Source: Opitutales bacterium (GTDB taxonomy: Bacteria > Verrucomicrobiota > Verrucomicrobiia > Opitutales > UBA2987). Taken from it: a stretch of DNA of 64,000 nt. Numbering within the stretch: the first letter of the stretch is position 1; each line of letters opens with the position of its first letter. Location: contig CBDDEL010000015.1 of the NCBI GenBank assembly GCA_965226885.1, positions 32,001 through 96,000 of the forward strand. The letters run 5' to 3'. Made by a program: the position numbers and the translations under genes. Shown here one piece after another: positions 1-8,623 of this stretch. Under the pieces are notes generated by a model, which was given only the letters and a program-made list of their open reading frames with translations, did not search any database and was not told where the DNA came from.

Positions 1-780
1 CGTTTGCACTCGCACCAAGGTGGGCTTTGCATCAATCGAGCCCCTCACCAGCGCCAGGTGGGTGCGCCGGTCCAGTTTATTGCGAAAGATATGCAATTGA
101 AATTTTCCGTAAGCCGACTGGAATGGTTGGCTGGCTACCAGTTCGACCAATTTCTCCCTTTTGTGCCGGTATTCAATGAGGTCGGCAATGGAGATGAGTT
201 TGAGGCCGAATTTCTTTTTGAACTCTATCAATTCGGGCAGGCGCGCGCAGGTGCCGTCCTCGTTCAGAATCTCGCAAAGAACGCCGCTGGGATGCAGACC
301 GGCCAGGGTGGCCAGATCGACAGCCGCCTCCGTATGGCCGGCTCTTTCCAGCACTCCGCCCGGTTTGGCCCGCAGGGGAAAAACATGGCCCGGCTGCACC
401 AATTGGTCGGGCCTGGTCGATGGATCGGAGAGCAGACGAATGGTGGCCGTGCGGTCATAGGCACTGATGCCGGTCGTAATGCCATCCGCGGCGTCCACCG
501 ATACAGTGAAATCGGTCCGGTGGGCCTCCCGGTTCTGCTGCACCATGGGGTTCAAGCCGAGGCGTTTCAAGTGATGCTCGACCGTGGGCACGCAGATAAT
601 GCCGCTGCAATATCGGATCATCATGTTGACCGTTTCAGGGGTTACCTTGGAGGCGGCCATGATGAGATCGCCCTCGTTCTCGCGGCTCTGGTCGTCAGTC
701 ACGATAACCAGCTTTCCCGCGGTAATGTCAGAAACGGCAGCTTCGACCGTATCAAGAGAAGTTTCGGCAAGAGTTGTCAT
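1..780 (-). CDS. ribBA: Bifunctional 3,4-dihydroxy-2-butanone-4-phosphate synthase / GTP cyclohydrolase II, 5' part (runs off window start)
   Basis: Not in ORF track. Manual minus-strand translation from ATG at 780 gives MTTLAETSLDTVEAAVSDITAGKLVIVTDDQSRENEGDLIMAA...FTVSVDAADGITTGISAYDR (RibB motifs DD-x-x-RENEGD, FTVSVD, TTGISA). It continues to ...LVRVQ, the start of the GCH II domain. Confidence 0.93.
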   Translation of the reverse strand, partial: MTTLAETSLDTVEAAVSDITAGKLVIVTDDQSRENEGDLIMAASKVTPETVNMMIRYCSGIICVPTVEHHLKRLGLNPMVQQNREAHRTDFTVSVDAADGITTGISAYDRTATIRLLSDPSTRPDQLVQPGHVFPLRAKPGGVLERAGHTEAAVDLATLAGLHPSGVLCEILNEDGTCARLPELIEFKKKFGLKLISIADLIEYRHKREKLVELVASQPFQSAYGKFQLHIFRNKLDRRTHLALVRGSIDAKPTLVRVQT

Positions 781-948
781 GTGAAATTAATGGAGTCCCT
801 AAAATTATGTGGCTTTTAAAATTCGCAACCTACGTTTCTAGGGAAATACGTCTCTCTTAACAATAGTAAAAGTAAAACCCGATGTTTCATAAAAAATTGG
901 GGTATCGTATAACCTCATTTCCAGTGGCCGTTTTCCAACTTTCCAACC

Positions 949-2433
949 CTAGGTAAGACGAAATTTCTTCACTGATGCGATGCTACCTTTTTGAAGTCTG
1001 AGACAATGCGTCATGACGGATGGAAAGTCCTCCTGGTGATGGGTGGCCATGATTAATTGCCGGCCCGAGCGCCCCAAATGCTCCAGCAAATCGATGATTT
1101 CCTCGCGGGTTTGACTGTCGAGCCCTTCCAGGGGTTCGTCGAGGAGCAAGAGAGACGGCTCGGTGACCAATGCCCGGGCGAACAGAACTTTGCGGGCCTG
1201 ACCATAAGATAGCTCTTCGAGCCTGGCATCGGAGAACTTTTCCAGGCCCAATCGCTTTAATTCCGCTCTCACCCGCCGCCATTTGGAGGGAGACATCTTT
1301 CGGGCCAATCCCACCCCGCCAATAAACCCGCTGGCCACGGCCTGTTTGACCTTCACATCCATCTGCATGCGAACTTGCAGATCGACCGAGAGGCAAGATA
1401 TACGTTGACGGGCTTCCCGCACGGACAGCGAAATTCCACCGCACCGGCGTTCGACTTCGCCACCCAAGGCACAGGTGACATCACCGTAGAGCAAGCGCAG
1501 CAAGGTGCTTTTACCGGCTCCGTTGGGACCGGCCACGGCCCAATTTTCACCGGGTTTGATCTGCCAATCTATCCCCTTGAGGATTTTTTGCAAAACTCCG
1601 GCCTTCCCATCCAAATAAATGTCGGCTTTTTTAACCCTGATTTCCATTGATGGAATGTTTTTTGCGGGGGGCCGCCGGTTTGATTTGTTGACAACGAGCT
1701 TGCTGAAGAACTTTGGGGGCTGTTTGCCGATGGCTCCGTGCCGCACAATTCGGCCATCGATAAGGTGGGCAAAATGCGTTAATGCGGAGGGGATTTCTTC
1801 CTTCCTGTGGGCCGTCAGGACAACTTGCGTTTGACCCTGTTTCATTACACGGTCGATGAGCGCCAACAGGCTGGTTCGCGAGGAGGCGTCGAGACCGTGG
1901 CAAAATTCATCCAGCAGAAGCAGCCTGGGGTTACCGGCCAGAGCCCGGGCGAGGAGAATTTTCCGCAATTCGCCGTGGGACATGTGGTGGTAATTCATGC
2001 CCGCCAATTTTTTCAGGCCAAGCCTTGCTATGAGCGCGCGAGCCTCCCTCATTTGGGATTCAGACGGCCGCTCATAAAGAAGCTCGGTTCCGGCAAAACC
2101 CGTTAGTATAATTTCCTCTCCAGACAATTCCCAATCTTGCCGCAGGTAATGCTGCTGCCCCTCCGCCGAGAGGTAGGCAATTCGACCTTCAAGTCCGACC
2201 GGGCTCTCACAGGCGTCGTCTTCAAAATAATAAAGTCGTTTTCCATGGCTTTGCGGGGACGGCCAGAGCTGGCCCGCGATGACCTGTAAGAGCGTCGTTT
2301 TACCGCCGCCATTGGGTCCGAAAATCAGCCAGTTTTCCCCACGCCGAAGCCGCCATGACAGGTTCCGCAAGATGGTTGCACCATTGAGGGCAACATCAAT
2401 ATCATTGAGTTCGAGCAGGACTTTGGGCAGCAT
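949..2433 (-). CDS. ModF-like ABC ATP-binding protein with two ATPase domains
   Basis: Two Walker A motifs (GPNGGGKT, GPNGAGKS), two Walker B motifs (LLLLDE), signatures MSHGE and LSYGQ, no TM segments. Start at 2433 or 2442. Confidence 0.85.
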   Translation of the reverse strand: MLPKVLLELNDIDVALNGATILRNLSWRLRRGENWLIFGPNGGGKTTLLQVIAGQLWPSPQSHGKRLYYFEDDACESPVGLEGRIAYLSAEGQQHYLRQDWELSGEEIILTGFAGTELLYERPSESQMREARALIARLGLKKLAGMNYHHMSHGELRKILLARALAGNPRLLLLDEFCHGLDASSRTSLLALIDRVMKQGQTQVVLTAHRKEEIPSALTHFAHLIDGRIVRHGAIGKQPPKFFSKLVVNKSNRRPPAKNIPSMEIRVKKADIYLDGKAGVLQKILKGIDWQIKPGENWAVAGPNGAGKSTLLRLLYGDVTCALGGEVERRCGGISLSVREARQRISCLSVDLQVRMQMDVKVKQAVASGFIGGVGLARKMSPSKWRRVRAELKRLGLEKFSDARLEELSYGQARKVLFARALVTEPSLLLLDEPLEGLDSQTREEIIDLLEHLGRSGRQLIMATHHQEDFPSVMTHCLRLQKGSIASVKKFRLT

Positions 2434-2491
2434 GAAGCGCAATCAAATTGCTTTTTGCCAAGGCGGGGCAAATTGTTTTTTTATCAATAGC

Positions 2492-3085
2492 ATGGTAGCA
2501 CGAGAATCATCAACGGAGTTATGGGACAAACGCTACCGGGATGGCGATACCCCGTGGGAAAAGGGGTTCGGGGCTCCGCCCCTGGCTGAATATTTGGAGC
2601 GCTCCATCCTCCAAGGGCGCGTTCTGGTGCCCGGTTGTGGTTTCGGTCACGATGTCCGCCTGCTGGCGCGGCAAGGCGCGCGGCCATTGGGGCTGGATGT
2701 TTCTCCAAACGCCCTGGCCAGCGCCCGAAACTTCCAACTGGCTGGTGAAGAAGAATATTTGCTGGGTGATCTATTCGATCTGGATGAAAGTATCAAAGCG
2801 TCATTCACGGGAGTCTTCGAGCACACATGCCTGTGCGCCATAGACCCTGCTCGTCGGTTGGAATATACCAGGGCCGTCGTCGATGCCCTCGAAGTCGGAG
2901 GCGTGTTGCTGGCCATCTTTTTTATCGAAATCGAAGACCCGGATGGTCCGCCGTACCCAATCTCGTGTGCGGAAATCGACCAGCTTTTTCATCCTTTTTT
3001 CGAGACCGAGGAACAATGGCTACCGGGTAGATCCTTTCCTGGACGGGAGGGCCGGGAGCAAATGCGCCTGATGCGGAAAAGATGA
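2492..3085 (+). CDS. Thiopurine S-methyltransferase-like SAM-dependent methyltransferase
   Basis: W-x-x-RY..GDTPWE, RVLVPGCGFGHD, FEHTCLCAIDP, GPPY motifs. Start moved to ATG 2492 to remove overlap with the divergent ABC gene. Confidence 0.87.
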   Translation: MVARESSTELWDKRYRDGDTPWEKGFGAPPLAEYLERSILQGRVLVPGCGFGHDVRLLARQGARPLGLDVSPNALASARNFQLAGEEEYLLGDLFDLDESIKASFTGVFEHTCLCAIDPARRLEYTRAVVDALEVGGVLLAIFFIEIEDPDGPPYPISCAEIDQLFHPFFETEEQWLPGRSFPGREGREQMRLMRKR

Positions 3086-4041
3086 GCAAAATCCCACTGG
3101 CGGCCATCGGACGAAACGAAAAAGAGCATAGCAGGCTGGGCCTGGGTTGCTGGTCTTTCGGCGGAACCGACTGGGGAAAACAAAGCGATCGCGATTCCCT
3201 GTCCGCCCTGGCGGCGGCCTGGGATGCTGGCATTACCCACTGGGATACCGCCCTGGATTATGGCCAGGGACATTCGGAACGGCTTTGCGGCCAATTTCTG
3301 AAAGGAAGACATGACGGCGTATTCCTCGCCACCAAAGGCAATGTGGGGGAAAAAGCCGCCTCCATCGTTGTCTCGCTCCAACACAGCCTGAATAACCTGG
3401 GCACGGATTTTATCGATCTCTACTACATCCACTATCCAAGAAAAGGCCTCGACCTGCGCCCCCACATGGAATTTCTGGAAAAGGAGCGGGAAAAAGGATG
3501 CATTGGCGCGATCGGGGTGAGCAATTTCTCCATCCAACAGATGAAACAAATTGGCCAGGCGGGAACCATCGACGCCCACCAGCTCGGCTACAACCTGTTC
3601 TGGCGCGTCCCGGAAAAGGAAATCATTCCTTATTGCCGGAAAAAGGGCATTGGCTTGGTCGCCTACAGTTCCCTCGCCCTGGGCATATTGACGGGAAAAT
3701 TTTCTTCCGCTCCGGTCTTTGCAAAAGGCGATATTCGACCCAGGAGCCTATTTTTCCGAAAGGATGTGTGGCCTCATGTCCATGCAGCAGCCATAAAATT
3801 AAAGACTTTGGCGGAAGAATCTGGAAATCCGGCGCATCATCTGGCAATTCAGTGGTTGGCTCGCCAGGCGGGATTGGAAGTGATTTTGATGGGAGCGCGC
3901 AATGCATCTCAAGTCCGTCAAAACGCTGTCGCCCTTGAAAACGAAGCGCCGGAGGATATTTTCAGGATAATGGATGCCTTGAGCGATGAGCTGCACCTCC
4001 ATTACCCACCGGAAACCAATATTTTTCAATGGCATCCCTGA
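3082..4041 (+). CDS. Aldo/keto reductase
   Basis: LGLGCW, WDTALDYG..HSE, LATK, IDLYYIH, IGVSNF, AYSSLALGILTGK. ATGA overlap with the upstream methyltransferase gene. Confidence 0.92.
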   Translation: MSKIPLAAIGRNEKEHSRLGLGCWSFGGTDWGKQSDRDSLSALAAAWDAGITHWDTALDYGQGHSERLCGQFLKGRHDGVFLATKGNVGEKAASIVVSLQHSLNNLGTDFIDLYYIHYPRKGLDLRPHMEFLEKEREKGCIGAIGVSNFSIQQMKQIGQAGTIDAHQLGYNLFWRVPEKEIIPYCRKKGIGLVAYSSLALGILTGKFSSAPVFAKGDIRPRSLFFRKDVWPHVHAAAIKLKTLAEESGNPAHHLAIQWLARQAGLEVILMGARNASQVRQNAVALENEAPEDIFRIMDALSDELHLHYPPETNIFQWHP

Positions 4042-4193
4042 ATAAAGTTTTCCCAAAAAAACGGGGTTTGCGGAATTAAGGTCCGGCATACCACTCTCAA
4101 TTAAGGAATAATTCCTTTTGTTCGCTTCTTAGAACCTGGTTGCTTTTCCCCTGCCTTCTCCTGTAAATTAAGTTCTCTTACCTGCCCTGCCCA

Positions 4194-5558
4194 ATGAAAC
4201 ACATGCTTATTGCCTTGGTCATCATGCTGGCTTTTCCGGCTGCCATTGTGGGTCAATCCCCACTGCCCGAAGAAACGATCAAGACTCACATGAGAGAACT
4301 TTCCCAGAGGGGGCTCAACCGGGCCATGGTGGTGGGGATCATCAATCCCGAGGGCAAACGTTACTTTTTTGAGGGCACTTTCCGGGAAGGAGACACCCGC
4401 CAGGTAAACGCCCGCACGATCTTCGAGATCAGCTCATTAACGCAATTTTTCACTGGATTGCTGGCTGCCCAGATGTCCGAAAACGGCGATCTCGACCTTG
4501 ATGCGCCTGCCTCCACCTACCTCCCGGAAGAGATGAAACTGCCGGTTTTTGAAGGGGTCGAAATTACCTTGGGCGATCTTATCGAACACACATCGGGATT
4601 GCCCAAACTGCCCACTAACCTGAAACCGCAGGTCAAAAAAAATCCCTTTGCCGATTATTCAAGAGAATCATTGGGGGAGTTCCTTAGCAAATATGAGTTG
4701 CCGCAAAAGCCCGGAATAAAATTCGTAATTTCGCGGGTCGGTTACGGGCTAGTCGGCCTGGCCATTGAGCAACAGACAGGAGAAAGCTTCGAGGCGTTGG
4801 TCAAATTCCGCATTTGCGAACCGCTGGAAATGAAAAATACCTCCGTTTCCCTGAACGAAGTGCAGCGCTACAACCTGGCCCGCGGGCACCGGGGGGAAAC
4901 CCAGTTTCCTCTTTGGGATATGCCGGCCTTTGCCGGTTCCGGCGCCCTCAGATCCGATGCCAAGGATATGCTTCAGTTTCTCGGCGCCAATCTTGGCCTC
5001 ATCGAGAGCCCCCTTCTCCCAACCATGGAAAAGACCCACCAGATTCTATTGAAGTCGGAAAAAAACAATATGGCCGTAGCCACTGGCTGGGTTGTATTCC
5101 ACTACAATGATGGGCAAATTTATTACCGTAGCGGCTTGACCGGGGGCCATGCCAGCTTTGCCGGGTTTCGCAAGGATACCGGGACCGGCGGCGTCGTTTT
5201 GAGCAATTCCGCCCAATCGGTCGAAAATCTGGGAATGTATCTACTCGACCACGAATTTTTCAAGCTCCGGGAATTCGTCCCCGTCATCAAGATCTCCGAT
5301 GCCGCCATGCGTCAATATGCCGGGGTCTTCCAGCTTCCCAGCGGCCTTCGCATTCTCATTCATCGCAAAGAAGGGCGCCTCATGGCCCAATTCGAGCAAA
5401 GGGCCCGTCAACGCATCCAGCCAATAAAAGAGGACACCTTCTACCACCCAACAATGAAAATCGAACTCACCTTCCAAAGAAACACCAAAGGATTCATCGA
5501 CAAAGTCAGCTTCCCCCAGGGAGAAGAAACACTAACCGCCACCAGAATCCGCATCTGA
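4194..5558 (+). CDS. Secreted serine-hydrolase/beta-lactamase-fold protein with a C-terminal DUF3471-like domain; catalytic motifs degenerate
   Basis: N-terminal signal peptide, family motifs ITLGDLIEHTSGLP, EPLEMKNT and AGSGALRS. SxxK reads SLTQ. Confidence 0.8.
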   Translation: MKHMLIALVIMLAFPAAIVGQSPLPEETIKTHMRELSQRGLNRAMVVGIINPEGKRYFFEGTFREGDTRQVNARTIFEISSLTQFFTGLLAAQMSENGDLDLDAPASTYLPEEMKLPVFEGVEITLGDLIEHTSGLPKLPTNLKPQVKKNPFADYSRESLGEFLSKYELPQKPGIKFVISRVGYGLVGLAIEQQTGESFEALVKFRICEPLEMKNTSVSLNEVQRYNLARGHRGETQFPLWDMPAFAGSGALRSDAKDMLQFLGANLGLIESPLLPTMEKTHQILLKSEKNNMAVATGWVVFHYNDGQIYYRSGLTGGHASFAGFRKDTGTGGVVLSNSAQSVENLGMYLLDHEFFKLREFVPVIKISDAAMRQYAGVFQLPSGLRILIHRKEGRLMAQFEQRARQRIQPIKEDTFYHPTMKIELTFQRNTKGFIDKVSFPQGEETLTATRIRI

Positions 5559-5661
5559 CCCGGTCTTATTAAAAACTCACGGCTCAACAGAGTGCACTCC
5601 TTCCAGGGTTCCCGGTTTTGTGGGGCGCTTATTTTCCTTAAAGACCCGAACCGGCAACTAA

Positions 5662-6792
5662 TACCAAATCGCAAAAGGATTGATAAAGATTAAAAAACAG
5701 CTATAAAGGCGGAATGAGAAGATATATGGGAACCGATGAAGACCGTGAACGTATCAAGAAATTGCTCAACAAAGAGACTGTCGGCTGGCGTAAAGAGCGT
5801 TTGGTGGCATTAAAAATGGGCTTCCAGCCGCACCACAGCATTGATGAAATTGGAGCCATCGTGGGCCGAGGCAAAGCGACGATCCAGCGTTGGTTTGACA
5901 AATATCGTGCTGCAGGGCTCGGGGCGGTGCTTACACGCGCCTACAAAGGCGGGATCAAAAGCCGTTGCGACAAAGAGGTGGAGGCCTTCTTGCTCAATGG
6001 TTTGAAGGTCGCGCGCTGGAACACAGCCGTTCAGGCGGGGCAAGAGCTGGAGCGACATTTCGGGCGCTCCTTCGCCTACAAGACGGTGTGGCGATGGCTA
6101 AAAAAATGCGCCGGGGTGCTTCGAGTCCCTCGCCCCGTGCATGAGAAACGGGACTCGGCAAAAGCGGAAGCGTTCAAGCGAGACTTTTTTAAGATCCTCC
6201 AGGAGCTTTCCCTCACCCGAGGCAATCGGGTTCGGGTGTGGTTTGCCGATGAAAGCCGTTTTGGTTTGCTTCCGGTGTACCGCCGGTGCTGGACGCAAAG
6301 AGGGCTTCGGCCGCACAAAAAATATCAGACAAGATACCAGTGGAGCTACTGTTACGGAGCCCTCGACGTGGTCAACGGCGAGATGGTATGCATCCAAACC
6401 CCTAGCACGAATCTACAGTGGACGGAGGCTTTCCTCCAACAGATCAAAAAGCAATATCCTGAGGAGGAACATGTGGTTGTATGGGACGGGGCAGGCTTCC
6501 ATCCGCACGACTCGGAGCACCCCAACGTCCCCCCGGGCATACATATCGTGAATTTGCCGCCGTATAGTCCTGAACTCAACCCGATTGAAAGACTTTGGGA
6601 TATGATACAGGATCAAACGGCCAACAAACTGTGGCCGAGCATTGAGCGACTCGAAGAAGTCGTCGCAACCCATCTCAAAGACTGGTGGGAGGACACTGAA
6701 AAAGTCCTCTCTTTAGTTGGCGGAGGCTGGCAGCACATTCAAGCAAACGCTTCTGCCAAATAACTTATTATCATACCTAATGAGATTTGGTA
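5662..6792 (+). mobile_element. IS630-family element, copy 1 (1131 bp)
   Basis: Terminal IR TACCAAATC/GATTTGGTA, flanked by TAA at 5659-5661 and 6793-6795. Near-identical to 54563-55693. Confidence 0.92.
5714..6763 (+). CDS. IS630-family transposase
   Basis: HTH region plus DDE motifs FADESRFG, VVWDGAGFH, LPPYSPELNPIE. Confidence 0.95.
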   Translation: MRRYMGTDEDRERIKKLLNKETVGWRKERLVALKMGFQPHHSIDEIGAIVGRGKATIQRWFDKYRAAGLGAVLTRAYKGGIKSRCDKEVEAFLLNGLKVARWNTAVQAGQELERHFGRSFAYKTVWRWLKKCAGVLRVPRPVHEKRDSAKAEAFKRDFFKILQELSLTRGNRVRVWFADESRFGLLPVYRRCWTQRGLRPHKKYQTRYQWSYCYGALDVVNGEMVCIQTPSTNLQWTEAFLQQIKKQYPEEEHVVVWDGAGFHPHDSEHPNVPPGIHIVNLPPYSPELNPIERLWDMIQDQTANKLWPSIERLEEVVATHLKDWWEDTEKVLSLVGGGWQHIQANASAK

Positions 6793-6805
6793 TAAGACCG
6801 CTACA

Positions 6806-7729
6806 TCAGCCGGCCGGTTTCAGTTTGGCTATTTTTTCCGCAATTTTCTCCGTGGTGGGATATCCTCTCGATCCATATAGCCTGCAAGCCGGATAATCGG
6901 TAGGTTTGACCCCAAATAAATCAGCCCCGTTGACCAATATGGTTGGGCTTCCATATTTCGAGACGTATGGCGGCGCATCAGGATCGTTAGAATTCCATTT
7001 CTTAAAATTTTTCGAAATACCTTGCTCCTCCAACGCCATGGCCAAATTTTCGCCAGCTAATCCGCCATTTGGGCATCCATCGAAATAAATTAATTCTACC
7101 TCGCTCACTCGTTCATCCTTAATTCGGATCAGGTTTAACATATCTTCGTTAATTTTAAAAAGATTAAAACTTCGATCGGGAGGGGCTCCGGTGGTTGCGG
7201 GCAGTTGATGGTACCAAAAAGAAGGTTTTGGAAAGGACCCGTCATCCCAAGTCGAATTTCTTTCATAAAACAAATAAACATCCCACGCCTTTCCGCTGAG
7301 GTTCAATGATTCTGCAGCCAGGCTGGCAATTTCCCCTTCGGCATCCCAGTATTCTTTTAGACCTTTATTCAAAAAAACGGGCCGTTGATGATTCGGTGAG
7401 TCATTTTCCAGTATTGGAGTCCAAATCAATACAATATCCATGGATTCGGGATTAATTTTGTCCACCAGTTGGTCTATTCCACGGATACAAATGGGGCATG
7501 AGGGCGAGAGGATGGATACCAATAATGGTTTCTCGGAGCGGTTGAACTCCTGCTTAAGTGTAGCCAACCCACCCATCTGTAACTCACGCTTTTCGAAACG
7601 AATATCGTTGTTTTTTAAGTGGTTAAGGGAGCATTCCTGGTTGCCACAGCAGTCCGTAGGGGCGGAAGAATCTGCAAAGGCATAAAGGGCCAGGAATAGT
7701 AGAGATGTCCGGATGGTTGTCTGAAGCAT
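6806..7729 (-). CDS. Exported protein with two thioredoxin-like domains
   Basis: Signal peptide, SPSCPIC (CxxC) in domain 1, and VELIYFDGCPN...YGSPTILVNGADLF...ACRLY in domain 2. Confidence 0.65.
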   Translation of the reverse strand: MLQTTIRTSLLFLALYAFADSSAPTDCCGNQECSLNHLKNNDIRFEKRELQMGGLATLKQEFNRSEKPLLVSILSPSCPICIRGIDQLVDKINPESMDIVLIWTPILENDSPNHQRPVFLNKGLKEYWDAEGEIASLAAESLNLSGKAWDVYLFYERNSTWDDGSFPKPSFWYHQLPATTGAPPDRSFNLFKINEDMLNLIRIKDERVSEVELIYFDGCPNGGLAGENLAMALEEQGISKNFKKWNSNDPDAPPYVSKYGSPTILVNGADLFGVKPTDYPACRLYGSRGYPTTEKIAEKIAKLKPAG

Positions 7730-7758
7730 GTGGATAAGACTGAAGCATGTGGATAAGA
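7721..7758. repeat. 19-bp perfect tandem duplication spanning the start codon of the thioredoxin-like gene
   Basis: ctgaagcatgtggataaga at 7721-7739 and 7740-7758. Confidence 0.95.
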
Positions 7759-7786
7759 GAAAATTCCGGTATTAAATATTCCCCTC

Positions 7787-8605
7787 TCATAAACGAGTCA
7801 AAGTTTTTAAAGACCGGTCTTTCTCTGGGTTGTAGGTTAAAATCCGGTCGATTTTTTGCAGTTCCGCTCGGAAGCTGCCCCATTTTACTTTGCTGATAAT
7901 TTTCAGGGGTAGTTTGCGGTGGTCGTTGGAAACCCAGAATTGAAGGTAGGTTTTCCTGGGTTTTTCGAAGGCGACGCTGACTTCTCGCAGATCGGGCTGC
8001 ACCAGGAACGCCTCCATGGTTCCGAATTTTGTATGGAGCTTCTTCATCTTGAATACCTGCACCGGCACCCGGCGGTATTTTTTGCCATCGGTCATAAGAA
8101 CCCGCTTGGCCAGGCCGACCCGCAATGGCCATAGACGGGCCGCGAAAATCGAGGTAAGCGGGTCGTAGGCATCGCCCGGCAGAGTTATCGGCTCCCGCGC
8201 CTTTCCCCGCAGGGAGTATAGCGCTGCTTTCTTTGCCCAGTCGAAAACCACTTCCACCACCCGGCTTTTGTTTTTGTGCTTTTCCTTTTTGGAGATGTGC
8301 AATGTGCGCGTAAAATCAATGTTCACATAGCTTATGTGAATGTCCCGGATCGGATAGAGGGCGTCGGCAAACCCATTGGTCCTGAGATTGAATGTCAGCC
8401 GGTAGGCCGGTTCGCCCTGAAAAGTGAGCGGCCCCTCAACGCTGAGCACTCCCGTTCCTACATGAAAGAATCCCCAATTGAGTTTGTATGTTAACGTTTC
8501 GCCCGGAGGAAAAGGCAGCGGATCAATGGCCAAATCCGCATGGGCGCAGACGAAACCAAGAAGTAGCCCGCTAGAAACAATTTTCGCTAATCGACACATT
8601 TGCAT
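7787..8605 (-). CDS. DUF3108-domain exported protein
   Basis: Signal peptide followed by PFPPGETLTYKLNWGFFHVG, YDPLTSIF..R and FWVSND..KLPLKI..KVKWG. Confidence 0.8.
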   Translation of the reverse strand: MQMCRLAKIVSSGLLLGFVCAHADLAIDPLPFPPGETLTYKLNWGFFHVGTGVLSVEGPLTFQGEPAYRLTFNLRTNGFADALYPIRDIHISYVNIDFTRTLHISKKEKHKNKSRVVEVVFDWAKKAALYSLRGKAREPITLPGDAYDPLTSIFAARLWPLRVGLAKRVLMTDGKKYRRVPVQVFKMKKLHTKFGTMEAFLVQPDLREVSVAFEKPRKTYLQFWVSNDHRKLPLKIISKVKWGSFRAELQKIDRILTYNPEKDRSLKTLTRL

Positions 8606-8623
8606 CTAGGCTAATTTCATTCA

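Noticed and set aside
4..819. 271-aa plus-strand ORF
   Set aside because: Antisense shadow of ribBA, which has clear motifs on the minus strand.
781..948. FMN riboswitch upstream of ribBA
   Set aside because: No RFN consensus elements are visible. The region is short and AT-rich.
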